Below are positions 1 through 12,853 of a stretch of 64,000 nt of DNA, piece by piece. This stretch comes from Diplonema japonicum (taxonomy: Eukaryota; Protista; Euglenozoa: Diplonemea). The first letter of the stretch is position 1, and each line of letters opens with the position of its first letter. Where the stretch lies: contig OZ025721.1 of NCBI GenBank assembly GCA_964019335.1, forward strand, positions 372,001 through 436,000, in the 5' to 3' direction. The notes below the pieces were generated by a model. That model was not told the DNA's origin, searched no databases, and saw only the letters and a program-made list of their open reading frames with translations. The position numbers were made by a program, and so were the translations under genes.

Positions 1-92
1 TGGCTGAGTGTTTTTTTTTAGGTTCTGGCGTCTGTCAGAGGGATCGCCTTACCAGGTTTCCGAGTCGGAGGGCCATACCCTTTTTGTTGTAG

Positions 93-126
<34 letters not shown>

Positions 127-263
127 GGTCACCCAGAAAAAGAACTTTTTTTTTTCCTTTTTTTTTCCTCCCGTTTTACAGTGCACGAAAGAAAAAGGAA
201 GAAAAAAAAGAAAAAAAAAAAAGAATCCACAAAAAAAAAAAAAAAGAAAAAGATTAACACTGT

Positions 264-267
<4 letters not shown>

Positions 268-339
<72 letters not shown>
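268..339. repeat. (GA)n microsatellite
   Basis: Perfect AG dinucleotide run seen directly. Confidence 0.95.
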
Positions 340-342
<3 letters not shown>

Positions 343-1338
343 GCAATACTGTTGCCCCAATAATGACCCTTTTTTTAGGGGGGTTTTTTTTTTATATTCC
401 TCCGTTTCACAACCGAAAAGAAGAAAAAAAATAAGAAGAAGAAAAAAAAAAAAGAAGAAACCGCACAAATGAAGAAATTAAATACAAGAAAAAAAAAAAG
501 AAAAAAAAGAAGAAACCACACAACCACAGTAAATAAAATTATTTCACCCCCCCCCTATTTTTGTATTACTTTTGACTATTCCTAGGAAGCGCTGTTAGTT
601 GATTTTATACAGGTTTTTTTTTTTTTTTTGAGATGACTGATAACCTCAGCTATAAAATCCGTGCGCGCAACAAAAGAGCCGGAATAGGTTTTTTTTTTTT
701 TTTTTTTTTTGCTTTCTCTCCCCTCCCTCCCTCTCCCCATATTTTTTTTGTTCAAAGGAAAAAAAAAAGAAATGACGAAGAAACGGAAAAAGAAAACAAA
801 AAAAAAACAAAAAAAAAACAAGGAAAAAGAAAAAGAAAAGAGAAAAAAAAAGAAAAAAAAAAACAACTCCCTTCTCCCTCTCATCATCCCCAATTTACAC
901 TTTTTTGCTCCCAAAGGATTTTTTTTTCTTCATACACACATTGAGTAAACATGAATTAAAAAAAAAGAAGAAAAAAAAAAACAGGAGTCAAAATTCAAAA
1001 CCTTTTATACTTTTTTCTTTCTTTTTTTTTTACTTCCTTTCCCCATCTTTCACTTTATATTTTTATTTATTTATTTACGAAAAAAAAAACAAAAAACTTC
1101 TCTTTCTTTCTTCCCCCCCCCCCCCTTTCTTTTTTCAGGTCTCAGGAAAAGTATCCCCCTTCTCCACCAAAAGAAAAAAAATTGGACCAATGAAAAAACT
1201 AAAAAAGAAAGCCCCCCCACCTTTTTTTTTATATATTTTTTTTTATAACACCCCATTTTCCACCTTTTTCTTTTTCCTTTTTTTTTTTTTTTTTTTTTTT
1301 TTCCCTCAGCATTGTAACATCATGTGTGAAGATCTTTT

Positions 1339-1371
<33 letters not shown>

Positions 1372-1374
<3 letters not shown>

Positions 1375-2517
1375 TTCCGAAGAAACCTTCGCTTGCTGTG
1401 CGTACCAAGGTACTCCGCGACAGAGTGCGTCGGGGGTGTTAAAATAGATGCTCCAGGCGGCCTGGATTTATGGCTGGTAGAGGGGCACCTTTGCACTCTT
1501 GCCTTGGTGAAGGGGTCTCGAAACGAATCCCTCATGATGCTGGACGGTGGCTTCAGGGGCGATGGCGCCGTTCTGAAGAAATTCGTGAAAAACAACAAGC
1601 TGCCGAAGATAAAGGAAGTCGTGTGCACGCATGCCCACCCCGACCACTGCATGGCACATACCGGCCTCGCTAACATCACCACATACTCCCCGAAAGGTAT
1701 CGAAGAATGGTACCAAGGCTCAACGGGGAAATTACAAAAATGCATAGATTATGCTTTGGGTACCACGGCGGCATTGTTCAGAGGGAAGCCCTTCAGAAAT
1801 CCTTACGGGAAAACAGGATACTCACCTCGTACAAAATCAACCGAAATACACCACGGGTCAACAATACCAGGGTCGGAATGGACCGCAGTGGACCTCCCAG
1901 GTCACACTCACCACATGCTTGGCCTGTATCATAAAAAAGCAAAGATTTTTTACGCGTCTGATCTGTGTGTTGTGCTTGGTAAAGATAGAATTATGCCGCC
2001 GATTCCAGTTGATTTTGCTGAGTCGTACGTGGAAACTTGTTCTCGGCTTGAACAGTTAGAGGTTAACGGTCTTGTGTTGGCTCATGGTGGTTACGTTCAT
2101 CTGCACACCAGAGATGAATGGGTAAAGCTTTTGAGAAGCTTGTCCGAGTCAGTGTTTGATAAATCCAAAAAGGACCCGTTGCTGGTGGGGTTGATCAGAA
2201 CGACGCTTTTTGGTTGGAACCACCGGCGAAATTTTCCCTCGGCGCCCAGGTGCTCGTCCGGTAGTTACAAACTTCTATCTTCTGCCGGTGCGTACTCCGA
2301 GGCACTCTCCTTCCCCTCCTCGTTGTCTTCTTTCGTCCACCGTAGTGACTCTTTCACCAGAGTGGACCCGAGCCCTTTGCCCTCCAAACTATCTCTCCCC
2401 CACTGGGCCTCCATCGTGCTGGGTTTCGTTGCCACGGGGCTCCTATCGATTGCCGGTTTGATGGCTGTGTTATGGTGGGCGCTCTCTTTACTGGTAGCAG
2501 GCTTGAAGACTGAGTAG
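1372..2517 (+). CDS. Metallo-beta-lactamase-fold hydrolase with C-terminal membrane anchor
   Basis: THAHPDH (HxHxDH), PGHT, xSD and AHG motifs. Arg/Leu-rich N-terminus (MFRRNLRLL) resembles a mitochondrial presequence. Hydrophobic C-terminal helix. Confidence 0.85.
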
Positions 2518-2539
2518 AAAAAAATGTAATCATTTATAA

Positions 2540-2574
<35 letters not shown>

Positions 2575-2614
2575 TTTCCCCACACGGTGCGATACCCAAA
2601 AAAGGGGGGGAAGG

Positions 2615-2647
<33 letters not shown>

Positions 2648-2659
2648 ATATTAAGTAAA

Positions 2660-4345
2660 ATGAGGCGCCCGGGAGCAAGGTTCCGGGACAAGGAAGGGGA
2701 CGGGAAGGTTCTCGCGGTGGGGGCGGTGGTGGTGGTGATTCTGTTTGTGTTCGCTCACCGGATCGGGGCGGACTTTTCGGCGAAGCAGGGCATGGAGAAG
2801 GAGGACGTCCTCTCGAAGAAGGTGGAGGCGCTCACACAAAAACAGCGAATCTGCAGCACCCAGCTCACCAACCGCAACCAGACCAAAACCGCTGAAGAAA
2901 AACAACTCACCGCAAAGAACCAAGAGCTCACCATCTCCGTAGCGAAGGTCCAAGCCGACACCAAACAACACAAAGAAGAATCAGTCCAATGTGAGGCAGA
3001 ATACTCCACCGCTAAAGAAGCCTGGGATGAAGAACAACGCGTTGCAAGGGAAAGTCTTCAAAGCCTCAATGAAATCCACAACAGTTTGTCTGTTGATGCC
3101 GGCATCGCTGTCGGCAAGGACGCCCACACAAAACTACTTATCGCAACGCTTCGAAAATTCGCAAGGGATCACACAGTTCTGATGAGCGAGCTCGGGCAAC
3201 CTTTGACCGGAATGGCAGAATCCCCAGAATACATTGAAAAACTCGTTCAGAAATGGAAGGCGATCGACAAGGAGTACGCAGACAAAGGTGAAAAAGGCCC
3301 GTTGTCGAAAAGACCCGCCGAGATTTTACCTATTTCAGAGACGGAGCTTAAGCTACCTGAAGTTCGCCTTGTTGATAGGTACGATCCGGACGAACACGCT
3401 TCCAAAATTTTCCTTTTGGAACGCGACTCGGAAGGAAGGTGGAAGATCCCAGGATGGAACAAGAGAATGGGCACAAATGAGGTTACAAAACAAGGCGGCT
3501 TCGCCAACGAGGTCGTTCCCGTCACCACCTTAAACAAGAACCTTCGTGTTATGTCAAAATACGCATTATGCGGTATAGGCCACAACATCACCGGTTTCAT
3601 GTTTCCCAACGCCTTCAAGCGGTGCGACGATTGTGCTGTGGAGTACATGAAGAATTACATCGAAACCCCAATGGTTCAATTTTGTGAGAAGTGCCAATTT
3701 GTTCACACGTTGCCTGCTTTCCAGGTGTTGTGCAACGGTTTCCAAAACAAGGTTCAATACGGTGGGCTGCTCTTTTGGAGAAGCAGATCGAGGATTCGAT
3801 TCAAAGATAGAATTCTTGACATGGCCAAAGAATTCTATGAGAACACACTTCAAGGCAGCGACACAAAAGTCTTGGCGGTGAACATTCCCGATAAAGACCA
3901 CGACTGCGAAAAAGCCCAGACCAGGGAAACGCTTGCGTTTCAAAAACTGTTGAATGGTGAGGAAAAAAGATACCAGGAAATTTCTGCCGATGCGGTGGAG
4001 AGGTGCAACCCGCCGATGGGGTTGATCATAGAAACCATCGAAAGCCAAGCGAAGAAAATCCGTATTGAAAACGGGGCTCCTCCTAGCATATTTATCTCTG
4101 CAACGGGCATGACTGACGAGCAGTGGGAAGAACTGAAGAAGTCGCCGAAATTGTTCAGCTACAAGAAGATGATACACAGATACACTGGAAATGGCCGTGC
4201 CACCGATACTGATGCAGTTGACACTATGATCATGGCGTGGTCAGACGTGCTTGTGGTGGACCGGTTCAGGCAGAAATCGGTCCAGGTTATTGAAAACCAT
4301 ATGATTCTGAATAATCTGCAGGGGAAAACGATTTTTGTTTGGTGA
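2660..4345 (+). CDS. Type II membrane protein: coiled-coil stem plus degenerate O-fucosyltransferase-like (GT-B) domain
   Basis: N-terminal TM, then coiled coil. C-terminal IRF..ILDMAKEF / VLAVNI / IFISAT / AVDTMIMAWSDVLV parallels POFUT-type motifs. Family call by eye. Confidence 0.6.
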   Translation: MRRPGARFRDKEGDGKVLAVGAVVVVILFVFAHRIGADFSAKQGMEKEDVLSKKVEALTQKQRICSTQLTNRNQTKTAEEKQLTAKNQELTISVAKVQADTKQHKEESVQCEAEYSTAKEAWDEEQRVARESLQSLNEIHNSLSVDAGIAVGKDAHTKLLIATLRKFARDHTVLMSELGQPLTGMAESPEYIEKLVQKWKAIDKEYADKGEKGPLSKRPAEILPISETELKLPEVRLVDRYDPDEHASKIFLLERDSEGRWKIPGWNKRMGTNEVTKQGGFANEVVPVTTLNKNLRVMSKYALCGIGHNITGFMFPNAFKRCDDCAVEYMKNYIETPMVQFCEKCQFVHTLPAFQVLCNGFQNKVQYGGLLFWRSRSRIRFKDRILDMAKEFYENTLQGSDTKVLAVNIPDKDHDCEKAQTRETLAFQKLLNGEEKRYQEISADAVERCNPPMGLIIETIESQAKKIRIENGAPPSIFISATGMTDEQWEELKKSPKLFSYKKMIHRYTGNGRATDTDAVDTMIMAWSDVLVVDRFRQKSVQVIENHMILNNLQGKTIFVW

Positions 4346-4350
4346 GAGGG

Positions 4351-4381
<31 letters not shown>

Positions 4382-4928
4382 AAAGAAAAAAGAAAAAGAT
4401 TAGGTCATCTTTGTGAGAATTTTTTTTTTAGTGTTTTTTTTTTTTGCTTGCCAAAAGAAGAAGAAAAAAAAAGGGGGATATTGGAAGGTCCATCGTGGGC
4501 GATTTTTTTGTGTTGTTGCTCCTTTTTTTTTTTTTTTTTTTTTTTTTCCCTCCTACGTTTATTTTTTTTATCCCTCCAGGAAATGGAAAAAAAAAGGAGG
4601 GGAAGGGAAGGGAAAAAAAAAGTGGTTCGGAATGAGTTTTTTTTTTTTAAGTGTAGAGAGAAAACCTGGGGGAAAAAAAAATTCTAAGAAGGGAAAAGAA
4701 ACAAAAAGAAATTTGCTTTTTTTATTTGCTTTTCTTTTTTTTTTTTTTATTTCCCATTTCTTTTCTCCATCCTCCTTTTTTTTTTTTTTTTTTCCCCATC
4801 TCCCCCAAGATTTCTCTTTTTTTTTGTTTTTTTTTTAAACCCCACCGTTCCCCCCCTCCCCACCCTTTTTTTATATTCAATTTGACAAATTCCGGGAAAA
4901 AAAAAAAAAAAAAAAAAAAAAAAGACGA

Positions 4929-4970
<42 letters not shown>

Positions 4971-4971
<1 letters not shown>

Positions 4972-6338
4972 TGTTAGCCAACATATGGGGCTCAGTGTTC
5001 GGGACTACCGTGGACAAAAAACTAACCGCCGACAACAAAAAAATAGTTCCGTTGACAGAAGAGGAATCCTGGGCCCTCCCCATCGTCGCGCACTATGACT
5101 ACGCCTTGATGGCCGAACACGTGTATGGAGATACCGGCAGGTCTTTACCAAAGGGATGGGACATCTTCATGGATTGCTCCGAGGTCCACCTTAACAGAGA
5201 AGGCTTTCATGCCACAGCATACATCAACACGAACAAACAACACATTGTTATCGCCGAACGAGGCACTATAGATGCAGCCGGCCTACGAGCAGGCATATGG
5301 GTATATTTCGACGAGCCGACCATCCAGTTCATGCTTTCTGAGCAGTTTTCAAAAATCGTCCGGTTAAAAATGGCGCTGCAGCACAAAACAGAATTCACCG
5401 TGTCGTACACCGGGCATTCTTTGGGAGGGGTCTTGGCAACTTGTAGAGCTGTGGCGGAACATACGTTCGGAGTGGTATTTGAAACCCCAGGATGTCAAGG
5501 ATTTGTTGAGAGAATCATGCACCCATTTAGATTTGATCATCCAGATGTTATAATATATGTAAGACCTCCAAACACGATAAATTCTTTAAAGACGCAGGTG
5601 GGGCATGTGGTACAACTTCCGCCGAAAGAATATCAACCGATTGCAAATGCGGAGGCGGAAGAGAACATTCAAAAAAAGATCGCTCAGATGCTACCCTCCC
5701 TGTCGTTCCCATCTGTCGGCGAGTTCATGGGCAAGAAGATCCTTGAAAGGTCCGTCCCTGAGCTGTATGATTACGTATCTAAAATTGAACCATATGTGAG
5801 GGATCTCTTTGATGAAACGCAGCAGGTCCACAGTATACACAACATTGTCCCGTTATTCGAAGATGAGAAGGGATGCTATTGTGAGCCAGAGTCGGAAAAT
5901 GTGTTGGTGTGGCCTTCACATTTAATGCAATTTGCGGAATATCATTCTGCTCTACGCGGTCTTGAGGAAACTAGTGAAGGGGAGCCTCACCTTAAGGCGG
6001 CGTATGAATCACTTCTAGCGAAGATTTACGCTACAAAAAAGAGAAATCGGTATGAGATCCAAGCGTCGTGGCTTGATCCAGAATCGCTGAAGCTGTTGGG
6101 TTGGTGGTGCGAGCTTCCGAAGCAGGTGAGGTCTTCTGGGACTTTGCCTGTTGCTTTATCTCACCTTGATAAGAGGGTTTTGTGCTCCGCCAAGCTTTCT
6201 CGTGAAACAGTGTTGGCGACCGGTTGCACCGCGTTCCAGCTTAAGCAGTATCTGTTTATACTGTCGAGGAAGCCCGCGGTCAGGTCGTTCATTGCAACCA
6301 TCCCAACGCCTTCTGAGCCTGCTGCCGCCAAGCTGTGA
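4971..6338 (+). CDS. Class 3 lipase-like alpha/beta hydrolase with PTS1 signal
   Basis: IVIAERGT and YTGHSLGG nucleophile elbow; ends in -AKL. Confidence 0.85.
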
Positions 6339-6631
6339 TCGAGCGAGGGGGGGAAAAAAAAAGTTTTTTTTTTTTTTAAACCCCCCTTTTTTTAAAAAAA
6401 AAAAGAGGAAAAAAAAAGGCATGGCTACCACACCATCCCAAAAACTCCATTTTTTTTTTTGTATTTTTTTCTTCTTTTTTTTCTGCTGTTAGACGAAAAA
6501 AAAAAAAAAAACCCCTCCCCCCTCACAACCCATGTTCTTTTCTTTTTTTTTTTGTGTGTGTATTCTTCAAAAAAAAGAAAAAGTGGGGGGAGGGTTGGAG
6601 GAGAGCAAAACAAAAAAAAAACAAAAAAAAA

Positions 6632-7548
6632 ATGTTAGATTCAGGTTTAGTCTCTCCCGTGCGGGAGGACCTCCTCCCCCTGGGCAGCCCTTCAAGCCCT
6701 TCTGCTAGGCATGAGGTGGAAATGTGGAGGCAGAGGTACCGGTACGCAACCGAAAAGAAAAGCCTGTCCCCGCAAGCAGGAGCAGTGATGGTCGGGAAAA
6801 GGGAAGAACAGAGGGAAATGAGCCCGGGCCCCGGGGAATATTATCGAACGCATGAAAACCATAAGCAACACAGCCTTGTGGGCACTATGGGACGGGCAGG
6901 ACGGTTTACACCAACCAAACTAGAGACCCCTGGTCCTGGGGAATACGAAGCAGCACATGCCCCGCTCTCACCTGGTCTTGAATCGCCTCGAAAAGGAGCT
7001 GTTTTTGGAACTCAGTCGCGCCGTCTGTCTTCGTCAGCTACGACACCAGGACCTGGTTCTTACCGAAGCTCGAAGCCGGAGCGAAAAGTAGCTGGGGGTA
7101 CCTTCTCGAGGATGAAACGCGAAGCAGCGGCCCCCGTTCCAAAACAATTCGGGTACTCGGTCGAGGGGAAACTGAACTCTCGTTTCCGCAGCAACAGCAC
7201 CGGGACAAAAGGCGCTTCTTTCGGGTCGGCCCGTCGCTTTGAAGGCCCCTTCAACTACACCGGCAGGGAAGACGTCCCAGGCCCTGGGAGGTACAATGTT
7301 GGTACAAAACTTGGGCAGCGATCGCGGTCTCGCTCCCGTTCGGTTCCGTTGGGCAGAAAACCCTCTCAACCGACTGGTTCAAAGCCGGGCAGCACGCCCA
7401 CGGTCCCTCGTAAAGGCCAGAATGGAACAAGCAGTGTTACCCCCGGTGAAAAGGCTTGGATCAACTTCTGTGGAAAATGTAAAAACGAAGGTTTGGGAGA
7501 GGACGAGCTAATAATGCTTTCGTTGGACACGCTGAAGGTGTGTAGAAG

Positions 7549-7585
<37 letters not shown>

Positions 7586-7682
7586 GCTCATGAAGCAAGT
7601 CAACCTCACCAACGTTGTTGACGCAGCTAGGATAGAAGTCCAGTGGAAACAACTTCGCATGCAAAGACCAGAGTACACGTGA
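6632..7682 (+). CDS. SHIPPO/ODF3-type PGPGxY-repeat protein (2 exons; intron 7538-7583)
   Basis: Four PGPGxY repeats. Removing the GT..(A)n..AG intron continues the frame to TGA 7680-7682. Confidence 0.8.
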
Positions 7683-7691
7683 TAAGAGGGG

Positions 7692-7727
<36 letters not shown>

Positions 7728-8131
7728 CCTTTTTTTTTTAGCTGTAAACCTTCCCTCCTCCTTTTTCTCCATTTCTCTCTACTATTTTTTTTTTTTTCTT
7801 TCTTAGAAGTGAATTGAAAAAAAAAAAAAGATGAAAAAAAAAATCTCCCCCCCATCTTTTCCTTATTCCTCTTTATAATTGCTTGGGTGTGGGTTGCTGC
7901 TACAAGCTGGGGGAGGGTTCCCCACACCACCACCACACACCCACAAGGGAAAAAAAAAAAAAAAGCAAAATGGGAAACAAAAAAAATGTTGTTGTATTTT
8001 CTTCTCCCCCCCCCCCCCCTCCCCCCTTTTCTCCCCCTCCGAAACCTGTTATTTTTTTTGTTTTTTGCCTCTTTTTTTTTGGGGAGGGGGAGGGAAATTC
8101 ACTAGTACCCAAAAAAAAGTCCAAAAAATTC

Positions 8132-8166
<35 letters not shown>

Positions 8167-8271
8167 TTTTGAGTAATAAATAAATAATGTGAATTACCCC
8201 CTATCTTTTTTTTCCCCCCCTACAAAAGTCAAAAAAAAAAGGTGTGCGATACAAAAAAAAAAAAAAAAAAA

Positions 8272-9240
8272 ATGGCCGATAAACCGAAGGATGACAGTAT
8301 AAAGGTGTGTGCGAGGTTCAGGCCGCTGAACAAACTCGAGATCGCAGAAGGAGGGACGGAGTGCGTGACCCTTCATGGTGAGAGTGGTGTCGAAATCAAA
8401 ACAGGAGGGGACACGGGGGGGAACACCAACAAGTTCCAGTTCGACCATGTATTCGGCTCAGACAGCGAACAGGTGGGCATCTACGGCGTGGTGGGCCGCC
8501 CTGTAGTAGCAGACATCTTCAAGGGCTACAACGGCACTATTTTCGTCTACGGGCAAACCGGGAGCGGAAAATCCCACACCATGATGGGCCCGTCCGTAGA
8601 AACCGACAGCAAAGGCATCATCCCCCGCGTGGTGGAACAAATCTTCGTGAATGTGGCAGAGGCCGACCCCCACATCGAGTTCAGCATCAAGGTCTCCTAC
8701 GTTGAGATCTACCTGGAAAAAATCCGCGACCTCTTAGACACGACAAAGGTGAACCTGCAACTCCGTGAAGATTTCAAGGGAGGGAAAGGTGTTTACATCG
8801 CAGAGGCTACTGAACAGTACGTCGGCTGTCCTGACGAAATATTTGAAATCATGAAGGAAGGAGGCGACAACCGTGTTGTCTCCTCCACCAGGATGAACGA
8901 TACGTCTTCGAGGAGCCACGCCATCTTCAGTATCAGCATCACTCAGAAACACTCCGTCAAGCTGGACCAAAAAACAGGGAAGCTCTACCTTGTAGACCTC
9001 GCAGGGTCCGAAAAAGTCGGGAAGACGAACGCGGTTGGACAACAGCTCGAGGAGGCGAAGCTTATCAACAAATCCCTCTCCGCTCTCGGGCAGGTCATCA
9101 CCGCATTGACCGACAAGAAAGCCACTCACATCCCATACCGTGATTCGAAGCTAACCAGGCTTCTTCAAGACTCCCTTGGCGGCAACTCCCGAACATCTTT
9201 AATCATCTGCGGGTATGTAACATATTTCAAAAAAAAAAAG

Positions 9241-9277
<37 letters not shown>

Positions 9278-10954
9278 AGTTCTATGAGTGAGTACAATGC
9301 GTTTGAAACGCTGTCGACGCTGAGGTTCGGGCAACGCGCGAAGTCGATTCAAAACAAGGCGAAGATCAACAGGGAGCTCACCGTGGGTGAGTACAAGATC
9401 CTCCTGGCGCAGATGGAGAAGGAGATCGCGGCCTTGAGAACGGGCAACGGTTTACCCACTACAACAAGCGCTGGTTTAGACAGAGGTATGGCAAAAATGA
9501 CAACAAAAAAAAAAAAAAAAAAAAAATTCAGATTCTGCAGCCGATACTGCAAAGCTCGAGGCGGAGCTCGCAGAAGAACGAGAAGCGATGGAAGCGGAGA
9601 AAATAGAGCTTCAAGACGAGATATCCTCCCTTCAAGCAACCAACACGTTACAGACGTCCCTTATCGACCGGTACAGGTCTGAGGTGACACAGTTCAAGGA
9701 AGAGGTCGAAATGTGGGAAATCGACTACGACGAGCTCCTCACCTCTGTGGAGGAGATACACGCCCTGGCCAACAAGCAAAACCAAGTCACGGACGAGAGG
9801 CAGCTCGTCGCCAAGTCGTCACATGAAGCCGCTGCGGCCATCGGGAAAAACGTACTGTCCCTGAAAATCGCGATGGAGAAGATCAAGACGCAATCGGAAA
9901 ACCAGTCCATCAGTGCCGGGTGCACGCTGGACGAGGATCAAGAACGGGAGATCGCACAGTGGAGACGGGAGAAAGAAGCATCGAGAAACGAGGTAATTTT
10001 TTTTCTTCTTCCTTTTAAAAAAAAAAAAAAAAAAAAAACAATTCTTAGGAAATCGCATTCAGAGAAGCATTGCTCGCCAAGATAGACGCGTTTGTAACGA
10101 TCGACACAGCCTTGTTACAACTGAACGACGAGAGGCAACGGGAAGCGGCGGAGGTTCTCAATAAATTGAAGATTGATGCAATATCGAATTTAAACAGGGT
10201 GGTCATTGGGGATGGGCATGATCTGGACCCGATCCCGGCGAGCGACGAGGGGAAAATCACGGAAATCGTCACGCTGCGGAAGGCCTTGAAGGACCACGCA
10301 AGCGGAGATCTTGTCCCCAGATCCGTGTTGAACGCGACAAAAGAAGCGTTAGAGCTTGAAAACACCGAAAAAAAGACAGAGGTCGTGCGGTTAAAGGCCG
10401 AGATGGAACGGTACGTAAGTGAAACAAAAGAGCTGCGTTCTTCACTTCTGAAAGACCTCCAGTCGCGCTGCGAGAAAGTAATCGACCTCGAAATGGCACT
10501 TGATGAAACCCGCGATCAGTTCAAACAGCTCATGGTCGCCTCCTCCAACAAGGCTCTCCGCCAACGGGTACAACTTCTGGAACAACAGCACGAACAGCAA
10601 ACCACGAACATTGCAGAGATACTTAACGAGAATTCCACACTCCGTCTTGAGTACAAGCTAGCAGAGAAGAAGCTCGATATCAGAAACGAAAGGATCGAGA
10701 ATTTGAAAACGGGGCTAAAAGAGGAGAAGAAGCACATGAAGGAACACCGTGAGAATGCGCAGACGGAGCGATCTAAGCTGAAGCAGGAGTGTGCCAGATA
10801 CAAGGAGGAGTTGAACTTTTGGAAGGATAAATGTCTTAAGGCAGCTTCTGCATCGGCAAATCCTCAGAGCAACTCCTTCAAAGTGAACAGGATCATCAAG
10901 GTTTTAAAGGGGGGCAGCAAAGCGGGGCACGACAGCCCACACCGCGAGGAGTAG
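8272..10954 (+). CDS. KHC: Kinesin-1 heavy chain (4 exons; introns 9213-9279, 9486-9531, 9993-10048)
   Basis: YGQTGSGKSHTM, MNDTSSRSH, LVDLAGSEKV, HIPYRDSKLTRLLQDSLGGN. Tail LQSRCEKVIDLEMALDE and IIKVLKGG (IAK-like). Splicing joins four ORF fragments in frame. Confidence 0.93.
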
Positions 10955-11154
10955 CGAGATGCGCGGACAAACCGTAACGTAACAAAAAAAAAAAGAGAGA
11001 GCGGGGAGGGTGGGGGGGGGGAAGGTACATACAAAAAAGTTTTTTTTTCTCAATTCCATTTTTTTTTTTCTTCAGAGGCCAATTTTTTTTTTCTCTTGCA
11101 TTTTTTCGTCAACAACAATAAAAAAAAAAAAAACTAAACAGCCACCCAACCCAA

Positions 11155-11453
11155 ATGGGATGCTGCTTGGGTGGTGTCCGCAATGCCGTGTCTCAAAAAA
11201 AGCGGCGGTACCAGAAGAACGGCTTTGATTTGGACCTGGCCTACATCAGTGCACCACGCATACATACGAAAGGGAAGAAAAGACTGATCGCCATGGGCTT
11301 CCCGAGCACGGGGGTGGAGGCACTTTACCGGAATCCGTACCGCGAGGTGGAACGATTCCTGAAAACCCACCACCGCAACCACTACAAGGTGTACAACCTG
11401 TGCATTGAACTGAAACACCAGTATAGAAAAGGCTGCGATTTCGGGGTATGCAA

Positions 11454-11491
<38 letters not shown>

Positions 11492-12310
11492 CGATATGAG
11501 AACTTTCCTATGTACGACCACAACCCTGCAACGATATCGGAAATGGCAGGTTTTTGCGATTCTGTGAACGGGTGGTTTACCAATGATGATGACAATGTAG
11601 CAGCGATCCACTGCAAGGCGGGTAAGGGCCGCACCGGGGTCATGGTGTGCAGTTATGTATTATACTCGGAGGTCGGTTTGGACCCACCAGGGATAGATGC
11701 TACGGAAGCCGAGTTTCTTTCAATAGCAGAGGAAAGCATCTCAAGGTACGGAAAGGAAAGGACCACCGACGGCAAGGGCGTCACCATCCCTTCACAGCAA
11801 CGATACGTAAGGTACTGGGGGAAGATGTTATGGGAGGCCTGGGAGGCGAGAGAAAAAACCGGTCAACACGATGGAACCCCGATCACCTCGGCAGATATTG
11901 CCCCGCTTCTCGAGTCTATGCCGTTTAACAGACAGGCATTGGTGCTTTCTGTTACAATAACGGGGTTGAGGTACAGCCCGCATTATCGTTTGACCCTGCA
12001 GGCGTCGCTTGGGCAAGATTCCCCTGCAACGGTAGCGTCGCCCTCGTGTGAGGACCCGGAGGTTCCCGATACCATAACTTTCTCGTTTGGTATGTTGTTT
12101 AGGGGGAATATCCGTGTGACGCTTTTTTCGTCGCCTTCTGTTCACCATGCAACCGCGGAGCTTTTCCATGCTTGGTTTCACATCGGGCTTGAGGGGAAGA
12201 CCCGCGTGCACTTCGAGTCGAACAGCCTCGACATCCGCCCATCCCCTTCTAATCGGGAACGATGCAAGCCTGCCGCGTTGACAGTCCACTTGGACCCTGA
12301 TGTTGCGTAA
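11155..12310 (+). CDS. PTEN: PTEN-like phosphoinositide 3-phosphatase (intron 11446-11488)
   Basis: [43 protein letters not shown] and a C2-like C-terminus. MGCC N-terminus suggests acylation. Confidence 0.93.
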
Positions 12311-12559
12311 AAAAAAAAAAAAAAAAAAAAAAGTTCCCCCCCCCCCCCCCCCCCCTCCCCTCCTTTTTTTTAAAAAAAACACATGATGGAAGTGGGTATG
12401 GGGGGGGGGGGGTGTGTTTATGTGGTACATAAAGGTGGGGAAGGAACATTAAATGTGTTTTTCTTTTTCTTTTTTTTTAAACGACCCCCTTCTTTTTTTT
12501 TTTTTCTTTCTTTTTTCAAAAGGTGGTGGGGATAACATGAAAATATAAGAAAAACATCA

Positions 12560-12853
12560 GATGTGTTGTTCGCTGTTGACCTCCTCGTCGGTCATCACCG
12601 GTAGCGCCCGAGTGGAAGAACATAATGCAGATGCTCAGGGTGACGAACAAGCAGCAAACTGCACGAGCGCAGAATCTTGGTTACCCGGGACGCCCCGGCT
12701 GGGGTTGAGCACACCGCACGCATTAAGGACACGACGCGGAACGCAGAAGAAGCTACTGCTCGGCCGCGGCGCCCCCCCCTGTAGTCAAGTAGACAGTTCT
12801 TGTGCAGGGCGCCGCCAACACCGGCCTCCTTTAACTCATATATATTTTTTTTT
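12560..12853 (+). mobile_element. Retroposon relic or SINE-like element sharing its 3' end with the LINE at 33.7-39.9 kb
   Basis: GC-rich island ending in a hairpin plus TCCTTTAACTCATATAT (12827-12843, identical to 39890-39906), then a T run. 5' boundary uncertain. Confidence 0.65.

Noticed and set aside
586-687. Possible micro-exons (586-612, 633-687) of an upstream gene
   Set aside because: AG/GT-bounded islands exist, but they need a 20-nt intron and give no recognisable peptide. Cannot be supported without RNA data.
8-1370. Poly-K, poly-F and poly-RE ORFs here and in all other spacers
   Set aside because: Translations of homopolymer and microsatellite tracts.
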